Shown here: positions 10,874 to 21,082 of the stretch, in pieces
How positions within the stretch are numbered: position 1 is the stretch's first letter
Layout: each line of letters opens with the position of its first letter
Assembly (NCBI GenBank): GCA_046483985.1
Contig: JAWOCD010000075.1
Coordinates: 1-64,000, forward strand
Reading direction: 5' to 3'
DNA: 64,000 nucleotides
DNA from: Promethearchaeia archaeon
GTDB lineage: Archaea; Asgardarchaeota; Lokiarchaeia; Sigyniarchaeales; SOKP01
The notes under the pieces: generated by a model
Seen by the model: the letters and a program-made list of their open reading frames with translations, nothing else
Told to the model about the DNA's origin: nothing
Database searches by the model: none
Translations under genes and position numbers: made by a program

Positions 10874-12859
10874 ATGAAAATGGAAGCCGACAAAATATCG
10901 CAGATCCTCGAGGTTCACTTGAAAACATTAGGCCCTCCCCTAAGGAGAAAAATCTTGAGAAATCTATATCTATCGAATGGAATTCTTTCCTTTTCGAGTC
11001 TTGAAAAAAAAGTTCTGAACCCAAAAGAATCAAAAAACCTCTCATTTCATCTTAAAAAGCTAAAAAAATGTAATTTAATTACTACGCTTTCTGACGGATA
11101 TAAAATTACGAATTTGGGCATTCAAATGTACGAATATATCCGATCCATGGAAGATCTCCTCAATGAAAGAAATAAAACACTTATGATCCGTACATCAAAG
11201 TATTCAAAGGAGCAGTTTGATCTTAATAAGATTGAATCTTATTTGATTACTGAGGGGAAAATGGAACCCTTTCAAGCTAAAAAAATTGCAAATACTGTAA
11301 AACAGAGACTCAGTAAGACCAATATTAAATACTTAACAGCTCCGCTAATGAGAGAATATATTAATGCAATTTTAATTGAACAAAATCTGGAAGATGTGCG
11401 ACATCGCTTAACACGATTGGGAACCCCTCCTTATGATGTAGGTAAATTGTTTAATAATCATAAAATCTCTCCGAATGCCTTCATACGGCGGTTAGGCTCT
11501 GATGTTTCAGAGCAATACTTGTTACTCAACATTCTCCCTAAAAACCTTGCTGATCTTTATCTTTCTGGTAAAATTTTCCTTTTAAATTTGAATCAATGGT
11601 ATTTAAAACCACGCGGTCTATTTATTAGTGGAACTGATTTAGCGAAAATTGCAAAGAGAGAACAATTGTTTTCAAATGCTTGTTTATCCCTCCATGAAAA
11701 ATTTGTAAAATTTGTAAAATTCCACAATTCTCTCAACCAATTATGTCAGTTCTTTACTGGGGATATATTTCTTGATAAATATAATCACCATATTTTATAT
11801 CCTCTTTATCAGCAAGTTAATCAGCAAGAAATCTACGACTTTCTCTCCGATGTTGCTGAAATATTCAATCAGAATGTGGCAAATATGGGCAGATGCTCTG
11901 GAATATTAACTTTTGAATTTGAGTATTCTGATAACCTGGAGAAAGACCAAGAGGATATAACTACTTATGCTCCCTACGATTTCCATTTTTGTTCCCAGTT
12001 AAATAACGATGTATTTCAGACAAAGGAAGGAAAAGAAGCCTTTCATTTCCTACTCGATTATAATATATTTCGGATGGATAAAGATTTGTTAAACCAATTT
12101 CGCCCGGGGGAGAATACCATTTTTTATAACTCAAAAAAGCCTCTGTTACCTAATAAAGACTTAGTCAATCTTATTGCTTTACAAGATGTGCATGATATTT
12201 ACACTTCCAGAATTATTTTGGATAAAATATTTATTAATTTACAACCTATCGCTCAAGAGGCAAATGCTGATGATGCTGCCTTCTTTCATTTACTAAATAA
12301 GCGATTAGATGATATCTTTCAATTTTTTAAGCACAAACGAGTAATTATAAAAAAGAGATTAAACAATTTTACTCCTAGGATCAAGTTTATTGAAAATGTT
12401 TTAGGAAGTAGGAGGGACAAATGGGTAGAAGATGCTCTGAACTCCATTAGTTTTTTGAATTTAAATGAAGCCGTCAAAACCCACTGTGGGATAGAACTTG
12501 ACAGAGTTTCGGCAAGCAAGGATTTCGCGTTAAAACTAATTTCATTTATGCAGAATGTTATCAGTGAAAAAAATAATGAGGAAAACAGTAATTATATCCT
12601 TTCCGCTCCGCATAAATTAAATGGCCCGTCAAGATTCCCAACTAAATTTGGAGCTGATGGTTCTGTTGCGGACATTATTAGAAAGGGATCAACTCTTTCC
12701 TTGAATAAAAAATTAGATCTATATAACAAATTTCAAAATATCATTAAAGGAGGCTGTGGTTATCCTTTACAGTTCAGTCCGTCTTATGATAAGTTTCAAG
12801 AACTCATGACCCCGTTACTGGAATCTGAGGTGGATGTCTTCTATTTCCTAAAGAAATAA
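10874..12859 (+). CDS. ArsR-like wHTH + ATP-cone + degenerate class III ribonucleotide reductase (NrdD-like) fusion
   Basis: N-terminal wHTH (LSFHLKKL...YKITNLG); ATP cone (IRTSKYSKEQFDLNKI...LTAPLMREYINAILIE); NrdD-like blocks (ADLYLSGKIFL, INLQPIA, ISFLNLNEAV); no glycyl-radical C-terminus. Confidence 0.75.
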   Translation: MKMEADKISQILEVHLKTLGPPLRRKILRNLYLSNGILSFSSLEKKVLNPKESKNLSFHLKKLKKCNLITTLSDGYKITNLGIQMYEYIRSMEDLLNERNKTLMIRTSKYSKEQFDLNKIESYLITEGKMEPFQAKKIANTVKQRLSKTNIKYLTAPLMREYINAILIEQNLEDVRHRLTRLGTPPYDVGKLFNNHKISPNAFIRRLGSDVSEQYLLLNILPKNLADLYLSGKIFLLNLNQWYLKPRGLFISGTDLAKIAKREQLFSNACLSLHEKFVKFVKFHNSLNQLCQFFTGDIFLDKYNHHILYPLYQQVNQQEIYDFLSDVAEIFNQNVANMGRCSGILTFEFEYSDNLEKDQEDITTYAPYDFHFCSQLNNDVFQTKEGKEAFHFLLDYNIFRMDKDLLNQFRPGENTIFYNSKKPLLPNKDLVNLIALQDVHDIYTSRIILDKIFINLQPIAQEANADDAAFFHLLNKRLDDIFQFFKHKRVIIKKRLNNFTPRIKFIENVLGSRRDKWVEDALNSISFLNLNEAVKTHCGIELDRVSASKDFALKLISFMQNVISEKNNEENSNYILSAPHKLNGPSRFPTKFGADGSVADIIRKGSTLSLNKKLDLYNKFQNIIKGGCGYPLQFSPSYDKFQELMTPLLESEVDVFYFLKK

Positions 12860-12870
12860 CCCTTTTATCA

Positions 12871-13791
12871 TTAATCTTTAAGTAATTCTGCTAATAATGC
12901 TTTTCTTAGATGTAAACCATAACTTGTTTGCTTAAAATAAATTGCTTTTTCTGAATCATCCACACTTGGCGTTATCTCTGTTATACGAGGTAAGGGGTGC
13001 ATCAGTTTGAACTCGTCCTTAGTTTGTTTTAAATCTTCCTTTTTAAACACATAAACATTTTTGACTTTCTCGTATTCTTCCATATCAGCGAATCTTTCCT
13101 TTTGGATACGAGTCATATAAAGAACATCCAGGGTATCCAATATATTCCGATAATTTGTAATTTCTTTGAAATTTAAATTTTTTCCGTGGATCAAATACTC
13201 CTTTTCCCTCTTTCTAATGCTTAGCTCTTTTGGGCTGATAAAGTAAATATTCACGTCGAAATTTGCCAAGAGATAAGATAAGGAATGAACTGTTCTGCCG
13301 TATTTTAAATCTCCCATAATCCCAATATTTAACCCATCCAATCTGCCGCATTCTATTTTCATTGTTAATAAATCTAAAAGTGCTTGGGTGGGGTGCTCTC
13401 CACTTCCGGAACCGGCATTAACTACGGGGATATTCGCAAATCTGGAAGCGAGCTCAGCGGCCCCTTCCAAAGGATGACGTATAACAATACAATCACAATA
13501 GTTTTCCACGGTTCTAATTGTATCAGCAATCGATTCACCTTTTTTAATAGAAGAAACCTTTCCAGAACTAAATCCTATTACATTTCCTCCTAATCGATAC
13601 ATTGCTGATTCAAAACTTAATCTCGTGCGAGTTGAGGGTTCAAAAAAGAGAGTGGCTAAAATCTTTTTATTCAAAATATCAGAGGTAGGCACCTTAGTCA
13701 TTTCCTCCCCCTTATCTAGAATAAACTCGACATCTTCTCTATCAAATTCCTTTCCACTTATAATTCCTTCTTTAAATTTTTCCTTGAACAT
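12871..13791 (-). CDS. pyrB: Aspartate carbamoyltransferase catalytic subunit
   Basis: FFEPSTRTRLSF, HPTQALLD, GDLKYGRTVHSL, MHPLPR. Confidence 0.98.
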   Translation of the reverse strand: MFKEKFKEGIISGKEFDREDVEFILDKGEEMTKVPTSDILNKKILATLFFEPSTRTRLSFESAMYRLGGNVIGFSSGKVSSIKKGESIADTIRTVENYCDCIVIRHPLEGAAELASRFANIPVVNAGSGSGEHPTQALLDLLTMKIECGRLDGLNIGIMGDLKYGRTVHSLSYLLANFDVNIYFISPKELSIRKREKEYLIHGKNLNFKEITNYRNILDTLDVLYMTRIQKERFADMEEYEKVKNVYVFKKEDLKQTKDEFKLMHPLPRITEITPSVDDSEKAIYFKQTSYGLHLRKALLAELLKD

Positions 13792-13956
13792 TTTGATTAG
13801 AAAATTGTTTTAATTATCTTATTTGTATAATCCTCCGAATGTTTAAATTATTTTTTATTAAGTGATTCTTAAATTAATATCTCTCTCTAAACTTCGAAAA
13901 ATTTAAAATCTATACATAATTAGTTGAGATAACGTTAGAAAATAAGGATTAATAAA

Positions 13957-14238
13957 ATGAAATTTCCTAAGACCGTAAATCGCTACTGTCCGAATTGTAG
14001 GAAACATAAAAAGCATACGGTATCAGTTTATAAAAAGCGACAACAAAACCCTCTTAGCGAAGGGAACAGACGTTTTGAAAGAAAAAAGCAAGGATATGGG
14101 TCTTTTCCAAGAGAAATTTTCCGTAAAAATGCTAAAATCAATAAGAAAGTAACTCCACTTTTTGAATGCTCTGAATGCGGGAAGGAACATTATGGAAAAT
14201 CGTACCGAGTAAAAAGATTTGAATTACAAGAAAAATAA
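13957..14238 (+). CDS. rpl44e: 50S ribosomal protein L44e (eL42)
   Basis: MKFPK...YCPNCRKH, KQGYG, CSECGK. Confidence 0.96.
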   Translation: MKFPKTVNRYCPNCRKHKKHTVSVYKKRQQNPLSEGNRRFERKKQGYGSFPREIFRKNAKINKKVTPLFECSECGKEHYGKSYRVKRFELQEK

Positions 14239-14256
14239 ATAGTTTAATGATTAGTT

Positions 14257-14466
14257 ATGTCAGTAAATAATAAAGAGGAAGAACTTATACCCGAACCACG
14301 CTCAAGATTTCTTCGAGTTAAATGCTTAAAATGTGGAAATACTCAAATCATTTTTGGATGTTCAGCGACAGATGTTAAATGTTTAGTTTGTGGAAAGACT
14401 TTGCTTCAAAGTACAGGTGGAAAAGCTCGAATCCTTACAAAGATTTTAGAAGTTCTTTCAAGATAA
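14257..14466 (+). CDS. rps27e: 30S ribosomal protein S27e
   Basis: [25 protein letters not shown]. Confidence 0.97.
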   Translation: MSVNNKEEELIPEPRSRFLRVKCLKCGNTQIIFGCSATDVKCLVCGKTLLQSTGGKARILTKILEVLSR

Positions 14467-14528
14467 AATTCTTTTTATCATTAAAGGGAATATTTTTTTA
14501 ATTTCTCTTTCAACAGAAATCTATTTCT

Positions 14529-14882
14529 TTAATATTCTCTCCACGTTTTTTTACATTTTGTACAACGAAAAAAGCTAGTGGATGCTTCATCTGCACTTCG
14601 TGTTTGCTCTTGCCATGCTTCTGCTTTATTATTATCGCAACGGGGGCACTCTTTTGTAACTTCTGGATGAACGGAAACTCTATCTTCTTTTTTGATGACT
14701 ACGGTATTTTCGCGTATTTCCTTTTTCTTTTTTTCGATAGTTTTTTGTCTTTCTTTTTCGTCCACCTTAAGAGGTTCTTGATATCCGCATTTACAGATCA
14801 AATATTTCTGCCCCTTTTTTGTTCCTTTTCTAAGAAGACTTCCGCATTCGGGACAAAATTTAACTTTAGCCAATCTTTTCAC
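14529..14882 (-). CDS. tfs: Transcription factor S (TFS, RpoM/TFIIS family)
   Basis: Two Zn ribbons; QTRSADEAST.FFRC with the acidic DE pair. Confidence 0.93.
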   Translation of the reverse strand: MKRLAKVKFCPECGSLLRKGTKKGQKYLICKCGYQEPLKVDEKERQKTIEKKKKEIRENTVVIKKEDRVSVHPEVTKECPRCDNNKAEAWQEQTRSADEASTSFFRCTKCKKTWREY

Positions 14883-15202
14883 TCTATTTCTTTTTTAATT
14901 TTATATAATTTCTTATAATATTCAAAATTTAGATTTTTCATATCTTGAATGATTTGAGCCTTAATTGACTTCTCTCCGTCCATATCTATATTTAATTCTC
15001 CAATTATATTTACTAAATCCTTTTTTTGAATATTTTCCACATAACCTACCGCATCTTCATAATTGACACGAATTCTCCCAGTTTTATCGTTAAGGATGAG
15101 ATCATTCCGGTCTTTATTTTCTATATATCCGGTGATCTGGACTTTTAAATCATCGGTAGTTAAATCCTTTATAATTTTCTGTTTTGCATATGGTTTGCTC
15201 AT
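14879..15202 (-). CDS. Small OB-fold protein, RPA14/RPA3-like
   Basis: IKDL...KVQITG.I...LILNDKTG.I.V...LVNIIG OB-fold pattern; 107 aa; divergent from PCNA. Confidence 0.65.
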   Translation of the reverse strand: MSKPYAKQKIIKDLTTDDLKVQITGYIENKDRNDLILNDKTGRIRVNYEDAVGYVENIQKKDLVNIIGELNIDMDGEKSIKAQIIQDMKNLNFEYYKKLYKIKKEIE

Positions 15203-15403
15203 AGTTCAAAAACTCAATTGTTTGAGGAACACTTATTTTATAATGTAATAAATATTTGACCTATTTCAAATTTTTGTATATCTTTAAAATGATTAATTCT
15301 AAAAATAAATCTAAATAGATTAATATCTGTTTAATACTAAATTTATTAATTTATCAAAGACGAATAACAATCAATTAATTATTTAATGAATGTGCTATAA
15401 ATC

Positions 15404-16207
15404 ATGAGCTTTAATTTAAAATTAGAAAATAGTAAGATACTTAAGGCTATAATTGACACTATTTCCAGTATAATTGATGAAACGGAATTTCTGGTAACCC
15501 CCGATGAGTTTGTTATCTCCGCTATGGACCCGTCACGTATTTGCTTGCTAAAACTTGCGATCGCAAAAGAAAACTTTGATGGATTTACTTGTGAAGAGGA
15601 AACGAAAGTAGGACTAAATCTGGATGATTTGGATAAGATCTTAAATAGAAGCACCAGCCAGGATTCTATAGAATTAGATTTTAAGGAAAAAAGTCAGAAA
15701 ATAAAAATTAAAATGCAAAAAGAAGGAACGACCAGCCGAGTGAGAACGTTTAGTTTGGCGCTGTTAGATATAGATATAGAAGAAATCCCTATGGATAATT
15801 TACTAAGCATTGATTACCCTACTAAATGGGTTATTGATCCTGATTTCTTAGTGGAAGCAATAAAGGATGCTGAAATCTATTCCGAAATACTTAACATAAA
15901 AGCCGAGGAAGGGGAAGGACTTACCTTTAATTCATCAGGCCAAATAGGTGAGATGGAGTATTATTTAGGGATTGAAGATCTAATTGACTCGGAGATTAAA
16001 GAATCCAGTAACGGTGCCTACTCGCTCACGTTTCTGAAAGCGATTTTAAAAATTGCATCCATCACAGAAAAATTGGAGATATCCCTAAAGACCGATCATC
16101 CTCTTAAAATGATCTTTAATTTATTAGAGGGAGGGGAATTAAGTTACTTCTTGGCGCCGCGAGTCGAAGAAACAGAATTTGACGAAGACGATATGGATGA
16201 ATTTTAA
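15404..16207 (+). CDS. pcn: DNA polymerase sliding clamp PCNA
   Basis: AMDPSRICLL, YSLTFL, PLKM.F, YFLAPR; acidic tail. Confidence 0.97.
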   Translation: MSFNLKLENSKILKAIIDTISSIIDETEFLVTPDEFVISAMDPSRICLLKLAIAKENFDGFTCEEETKVGLNLDDLDKILNRSTSQDSIELDFKEKSQKIKIKMQKEGTTSRVRTFSLALLDIDIEEIPMDNLLSIDYPTKWVIDPDFLVEAIKDAEIYSEILNIKAEEGEGLTFNSSGQIGEMEYYLGIEDLIDSEIKESSNGAYSLTFLKAILKIASITEKLEISLKTDHPLKMIFNLLEGGELSYFLAPRVEETEFDEDDMDEF

Positions 16208-16331
16208 TTCACAGTATAATCACTAAATTTCTAACCTCTTATTGGTTTTAAGGTATTTTTTTCTATATTTTTTTTAAATGGTTACACCCACTGTTCACCA
16301 ATCTCATATGTGAGAAGGGGGATAAAATATT

Positions 16332-17525
16332 ATGCCGGTTTCTAATAGATTGCTGAGGAAATATCCGTGGCTTCCTTCGTTGAAGAGCGATTATTTAACA
16401 TTGACGGATCAAGACCCCCTTGAATTCATAGTAGAAGCATTTGATAACCCCGCTCATCATGTCAAAGAAAATATCATTCAAATTTTCGAATCTGCCTTTG
16501 ACAATTTAGAAACTGTTGCGCTTGATCTTGAGAATGAATCGGGAATTTATCTCTATTTAACCTTGAAAATACTGCTCAATGTTTTAGATGATTTCTCCAT
16601 AACGAACCGGGTGGCAAACCTTTACTCAAAAAAGATGTATAAAGAACTCATTTCTGAAGACGACTACTATATCTATGAAATTTGTGAGGATTTAGATTTA
16701 GATCTCATCTATTATGAGCAACCGCAGAGATACGGCATTAATGTGATTAAGAACGAGAAACAAATCTTGAAGACGCAGTTTCGTATCTTTTTCATGGATT
16801 ATCTTCGACTTGCTGCAAGATTAAAAGATGAACACAGACGCTTGGTTCATAAACCCCTTGCTGAAGGATACATTTTTATCAAGAGGGAAGAATTAATAAG
16901 ACTTATTCAAGAATATATTAGAAAAAAGATATCTGAAAAAAAATTCTCCGATAAAACACAATTAAAAACGTTTAAAGAAAGACTGCTTGAGTTGGATGGA
17001 TTTAAAGACATTTTTCATCTTATTGAAAAGCAGTGGGAAGAAAAAAAGGAAGAATTTGCCGATACACTTGAATTTACCTATACTGACGCTGAAAATATTT
17101 CGGGTTTCTTTCCGCCTTGTATCAAAGAGATTCTTAGAAAGGCCCGAAACGGGATAAATTTAGCCCACAATGAGCGTTTGTATGTGGTGTTTTTTTTACA
17201 TGCCTTAGAATATCCTATTGAGAAAATTGTAGATATCTTTCGCTCTTCTCCAGATTTTGATGAGAGTAAAACGGAATACCAAGTAAAATTTGCAAAGGAA
17301 AAAGGTTATACACCCCATTCTTGTTCAAAATTGAAATCACTATCCTTATGTAAGGCTCAACAATCCAAGGATGAGATATGCTTAGAAGGCTATTATTCCA
17401 AGACCCAAGGAAAACAAAAAAAGATAAAACATCCTTTATCCTATGTGAAGATCAAACAATATAGAGCCTCTAGAAACAAAAGTGACCAGCCTAAAGGCAA
17501 CATCAAGGAGGGAGAGAAAAGTTGA
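16332..17525 (+). CDS. priL: DNA primase large subunit
   Basis: FPPCI, HNER, PDFDE..T.YQV, YTPHSC..L....LC Fe-S domain. Confidence 0.93.
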   Translation: MPVSNRLLRKYPWLPSLKSDYLTLTDQDPLEFIVEAFDNPAHHVKENIIQIFESAFDNLETVALDLENESGIYLYLTLKILLNVLDDFSITNRVANLYSKKMYKELISEDDYYIYEICEDLDLDLIYYEQPQRYGINVIKNEKQILKTQFRIFFMDYLRLAARLKDEHRRLVHKPLAEGYIFIKREELIRLIQEYIRKKISEKKFSDKTQLKTFKERLLELDGFKDIFHLIEKQWEEKKEEFADTLEFTYTDAENISGFFPPCIKEILRKARNGINLAHNERLYVVFFLHALEYPIEKIVDIFRSSPDFDESKTEYQVKFAKEKGYTPHSCSKLKSLSLCKAQQSKDEICLEGYYSKTQGKQKKIKHPLSYVKIKQYRASRNKSDQPKGNIKEGEKS

Positions 17526-18799
17526 GCGATCTTCAATATCTCACCCGTATGTTCCGTACCTATTACCAAAAAGAAGGAAAAAATATACCGAAAGTAGATT
17601 CATTTGGGAGTCGGGAGTTTGCATTTATTCATTGGGAGAAGGGCCATATGATGATTAGGCATATTAGCTTTAATAATGTAGAGAATTTCCAGGAATATTT
17701 GGTAATGAATAATCCAAAACATGTATATTCGAGCGCTTCACTTTATGAAACCCCGGACTATAATCAAATGGAAGATAAAGGATATATTGGATGCGATTTT
17801 GTCATCGATATTGATGTAGATCATTTCTACACTCCGTGCAAGGAGGAACATGACACTTGGTCCTGCCAAGAGTGTCAGAAAACGGGAATGGGTATGGCAC
17901 CTGACAAATGTCCGGACTGTGGGAGTACCAAATTTGATACCCTTAATTGGATTTGTCAAGACTGTTTAGAATCGGCAAAAAATGAAATCAATAAGTTGAT
18001 TTATGATTTTCTCTTACCAGATTTTAATATTCAAACCAATGATATACAAATTTCTTTTTCGGGACACAGGGGATATCATCTAAGGATTTCTAATGAGAAA
18101 GTACGTGCTCTTTCGAGCGATGCGCGGCGAGAAATTGTGGACTATTTGACAGGAAGTAATATTTCATTTGAACTGTTAGGGTTAAAACAAAAAAGCTCAA
18201 GCATATTTGGTCTTTCTGAAGAAAATGTCGGGTGGTCTCGGAAGATAGTAGTAAAGATAAAAGATATCTTGACCTCTTATGATGATCCAGAATTAACAAA
18301 ATTATTGCAATCATTTGGCTTTCATCAAAAGACTATTGAAAGTTTCATTCATTCTAAAAATGATTATCTTCATGTTCTTAACGATCCCAATTTATTTTCA
18401 TGGTCGGTGGAGGGGTTTGGATTAAAACGTTGGAAGAGATTTTTAGCGGGTGTTACGGACTTAGTAAGTGCGGAAATCGATAAGCCAGTTTCAATTGATA
18501 TTCATCGTCTCATCAGATATCCAGGCACCCTCCATGGAAAGACTGGATTCAAGGTTCAGAGTTTACCACTTAACAAGCTTGCATCTTTTCAACCATTAGA
18601 TGAGCCCAATAACGAATTGGATCCGATTGTTTTTTATGGAGAGGAAAATCGGTTAAAAGTAAAAATATTGAAAAATTTTGTACCAAAGACTAAAATTAAG
18701 AACCAAACGTTTGGTCCTTTCAATAAAGATGAGAAAGTTGAGTTACCGAATCATATGGCTATTTTACTGGTCTGTAAAGGAGCGGCTACGTTTTTATAG
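17522..18799 (+). CDS. priS: DNA primase small (catalytic) subunit
   Basis: REFAF, IDID, FSGHRGYH, IDKPVSIDIHRLIR.PGTLHGKTG; Zn-ribbon insert. Confidence 0.96.
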   Translation: MSDLQYLTRMFRTYYQKEGKNIPKVDSFGSREFAFIHWEKGHMMIRHISFNNVENFQEYLVMNNPKHVYSSASLYETPDYNQMEDKGYIGCDFVIDIDVDHFYTPCKEEHDTWSCQECQKTGMGMAPDKCPDCGSTKFDTLNWICQDCLESAKNEINKLIYDFLLPDFNIQTNDIQISFSGHRGYHLRISNEKVRALSSDARREIVDYLTGSNISFELLGLKQKSSSIFGLSEENVGWSRKIVVKIKDILTSYDDPELTKLLQSFGFHQKTIESFIHSKNDYLHVLNDPNLFSWSVEGFGLKRWKRFLAGVTDLVSAEIDKPVSIDIHRLIRYPGTLHGKTGFKVQSLPLNKLASFQPLDEPNNELDPIVFYGEENRLKVKILKNFVPKTKIKNQTFGPFNKDEKVELPNHMAILLVCKGAATFL

Positions 18800-18952
18800 A
18801 TGAAAAAGCGAGAAAATATATTCTTTTAGGAATTTAGTGCTTCTTGCTTTCTTAGGTAAGAAAAATTCCCAAACGTATGTGAATGCATTAATAACTAAGT
18901 TTTTTTAAAATTCCCCCTTATATTATAATAACAGATTTTATCTCTGAAAATT

Positions 18953-19693
18953 ATGGATCTCGAAAAGGATTACCAAGAATTATATGACCATTGGCACCAA
19001 GAATATTTAAATACTGAAATAACCCCGTTAAATCAGAATAAATATTCCCACTATCAAGGTCTTAAACAAAAACTCGAAGAATATACTCTTGACTCTTCAT
19101 CTAAAGTGGAAAAAGAAATATATCAGAGTTATAAGAACAATATCTCCTTTTTATTTGAGGACTTATTAAAAATTAGAGAGATTAAAATCATAAATACGGC
19201 TTTATCGCTTGAAGAAATCAATCTCTCTCGCCTTACAGAACAAGAACGTTTACTTTATAAGAATTTAATTCGTTCAATTAAGGGCTTTAAAAAACTTAAG
19301 GCTATGGAAGAAATTGGAATGGAAACGAGTACGGGATTAAGGGATTATGATATGGAAGTAAAACCCAAGGAAAAAGAGAATAAGGAAAAGCCTCAAGATT
19401 CAGCCATAGAGGAGGATTCTTCCAAAGAAAAAGAAGCCACAGAAGCGAAAGAGAAAATCTCTGGCGAGCCCCATCCGAAGATTTCAGCGAAAAAGGAAGT
19501 TACTTCTCAATTAAAAAAGGAAAAGATGGATTATATGGTTGTAAGATTTCTAAAAGATTGCCCAGCAATTATAGGTGCGGATTTAATTAAATATGCTCCC
19601 TTTAAAGAAGAGGATTTGGCGAGCCTTCCTGAGATAAATGCTAAAATCTTAATAACGGAGCAGGTTGCCGAAGAGATTAAAATTGAAAAATAA
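18953..19693 (+). CDS. gins15: GINS complex subunit Gins15 (Gins51)
   Basis: Helical A domain (IREIKII, LTEQER.LY) plus C-terminal B domain (VVRFLKD.PAIIGADL..Y.PF..ED.ASLP..NA..L); follows priS. Confidence 0.88.
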   Translation: MDLEKDYQELYDHWHQEYLNTEITPLNQNKYSHYQGLKQKLEEYTLDSSSKVEKEIYQSYKNNISFLFEDLLKIREIKIINTALSLEEINLSRLTEQERLLYKNLIRSIKGFKKLKAMEEIGMETSTGLRDYDMEVKPKEKENKEKPQDSAIEEDSSKEKEATEAKEKISGEPHPKISAKKEVTSQLKKEKMDYMVVRFLKDCPAIIGADLIKYAPFKEEDLASLPEINAKILITEQVAEEIKIEK

Positions 19694-19707
19694 GATGCTT
19701 TCTTCCT

Positions 19708-19926
19708 TTATTCTGCCTGCGCGTCTTCTAACGGACCGTATTTTTCCTCAAATTCGTCTCTAAAATATTTTATTCGATATTCTGCGTATTTATCCGTTAA
19801 AGAAAATTTAGGGGGATGAGTATTTACTAATTGACCGTCGCAGGATTTACATTTAGAATGAGGATTCGCTAGTGCATATTTCCCACATTTTTTGCACTTT
19901 TTTAAGTATCTCGTCATTTTGGTCAA
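19708..19926 (-). CDS. nop10: H/ACA RNP protein Nop10
   Basis: KCKKCGKY.L, C..C.G, HPPKFS..DKY..YR; follows aIF2-alpha. Confidence 0.92.
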   Translation of the reverse strand: MTKMTRYLKKCKKCGKYALANPHSKCKSCDGQLVNTHPPKFSLTDKYAEYRIKYFRDEFEEKYGPLEDAQAE

Positions 19927-19973
19927 TTACCTCGATTCGGGGTTTAAAAATATACTTTTTTATTCAAGTCTGG

Positions 19974-20801
19974 TTAATCTCGGGCAAATTCAAACTCTCC
20001 CAACTCATCTAAATTCTCAATATTTTGTTCAACCACTTCAAGGAAGTCAGAGAGGATATTTTCTGCATCTATATAATCTTTTGAGATAACCTCAATACGA
20101 TATGTGGGAGCGCCGAGATAAGTGATTTCAATCTTTCTTGTTTCTTTTGGTTCTATGACGTCCCTCGCTTCCTTGAGGGTTTCTTTAATTAATTCGATGC
20201 CATTTGAGGTCCGGACAATTAGATCTAACTTTCCGATAATGCTCACCGTGGAAATTTTTACATTATCATTGACTATTTGTAGAAATTTTTCCTTAATTTC
20301 ATCGGACACGTTGTCTATTTCTTGCATAACCTCCTCTCCGTTTTCCTTTAACTCTTCCACGGTTTCTTGGTACTGATCTTCGAAAAGTTCCAACACAGGA
20401 AAACCAATTTTTTCATATACCTCATCAACGGCCATCCCCTCGACATCATCAGCAAGAAATTGTAACAAATTTTCAAATTTAACTGCATATTTCCATTCTT
20501 TTGTGCGATTCTTTCTCTGAGCGGAATTCACCCTTCTTAAAGACAAATCCACATGACCCTTCTGTTCATCCACCCGTAATACCCGAAGAACCACTTTTTG
20601 CCCGACACGTAAATGATTCCTAATATTTTTTACCCACCGGCTGGATATCTCGCGAATATGGATCATACCTTGGGCATTTTTCTCGGATGGAAGCCCATCA
20701 TAATCTAGTAAATCAACATACACATATTGATTTTGAATATCCCTTACTCGCCCTACAATGAATTCGCCTTCGCGAGGAAATGCCGAGCGTGACCGTACCA
20801 T
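19974..20801 (-). CDS. eif2a: Translation initiation factor 2 subunit alpha
   Basis: S1 domain, EISSRWVKNIR, KGHVDLSLRRV, GAPTYRI. Confidence 0.97.
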   Translation of the reverse strand: MVRSRSAFPREGEFIVGRVRDIQNQYVYVDLLDYDGLPSEKNAQGMIHIREISSRWVKNIRNHLRVGQKVVLRVLRVDEQKGHVDLSLRRVNSAQRKNRTKEWKYAVKFENLLQFLADDVEGMAVDEVYEKIGFPVLELFEDQYQETVEELKENGEEVMQEIDNVSDEIKEKFLQIVNDNVKISTVSIIGKLDLIVRTSNGIELIKETLKEARDVIEPKETRKIEITYLGAPTYRIEVISKDYIDAENILSDFLEVVEQNIENLDELGEFEFARD

Positions 20802-21082
20802 TTTTTGATCAGACCTTCTTGTATTATTTTATATTTTTCATATTGCTTACATTAATTTAACATACTATAATTTTTTATTTTTACCATTCTAAGATTTTAG
20901 ATTATCGGGTTTTAAGTTATGCATTTTTTTTTGACCTTTTTAGTTGAAAAGTTGAAATTTTAATACCATTTTTGTTACTGTCAGAAAAAATCCGGACATA
21001 TCGGGACAAGTCCGATAGATCCTCAGAGGATCGCTTACAGACGATCACGGTAATCCAAGTTTGTCTAAAAATATATCAGTTA

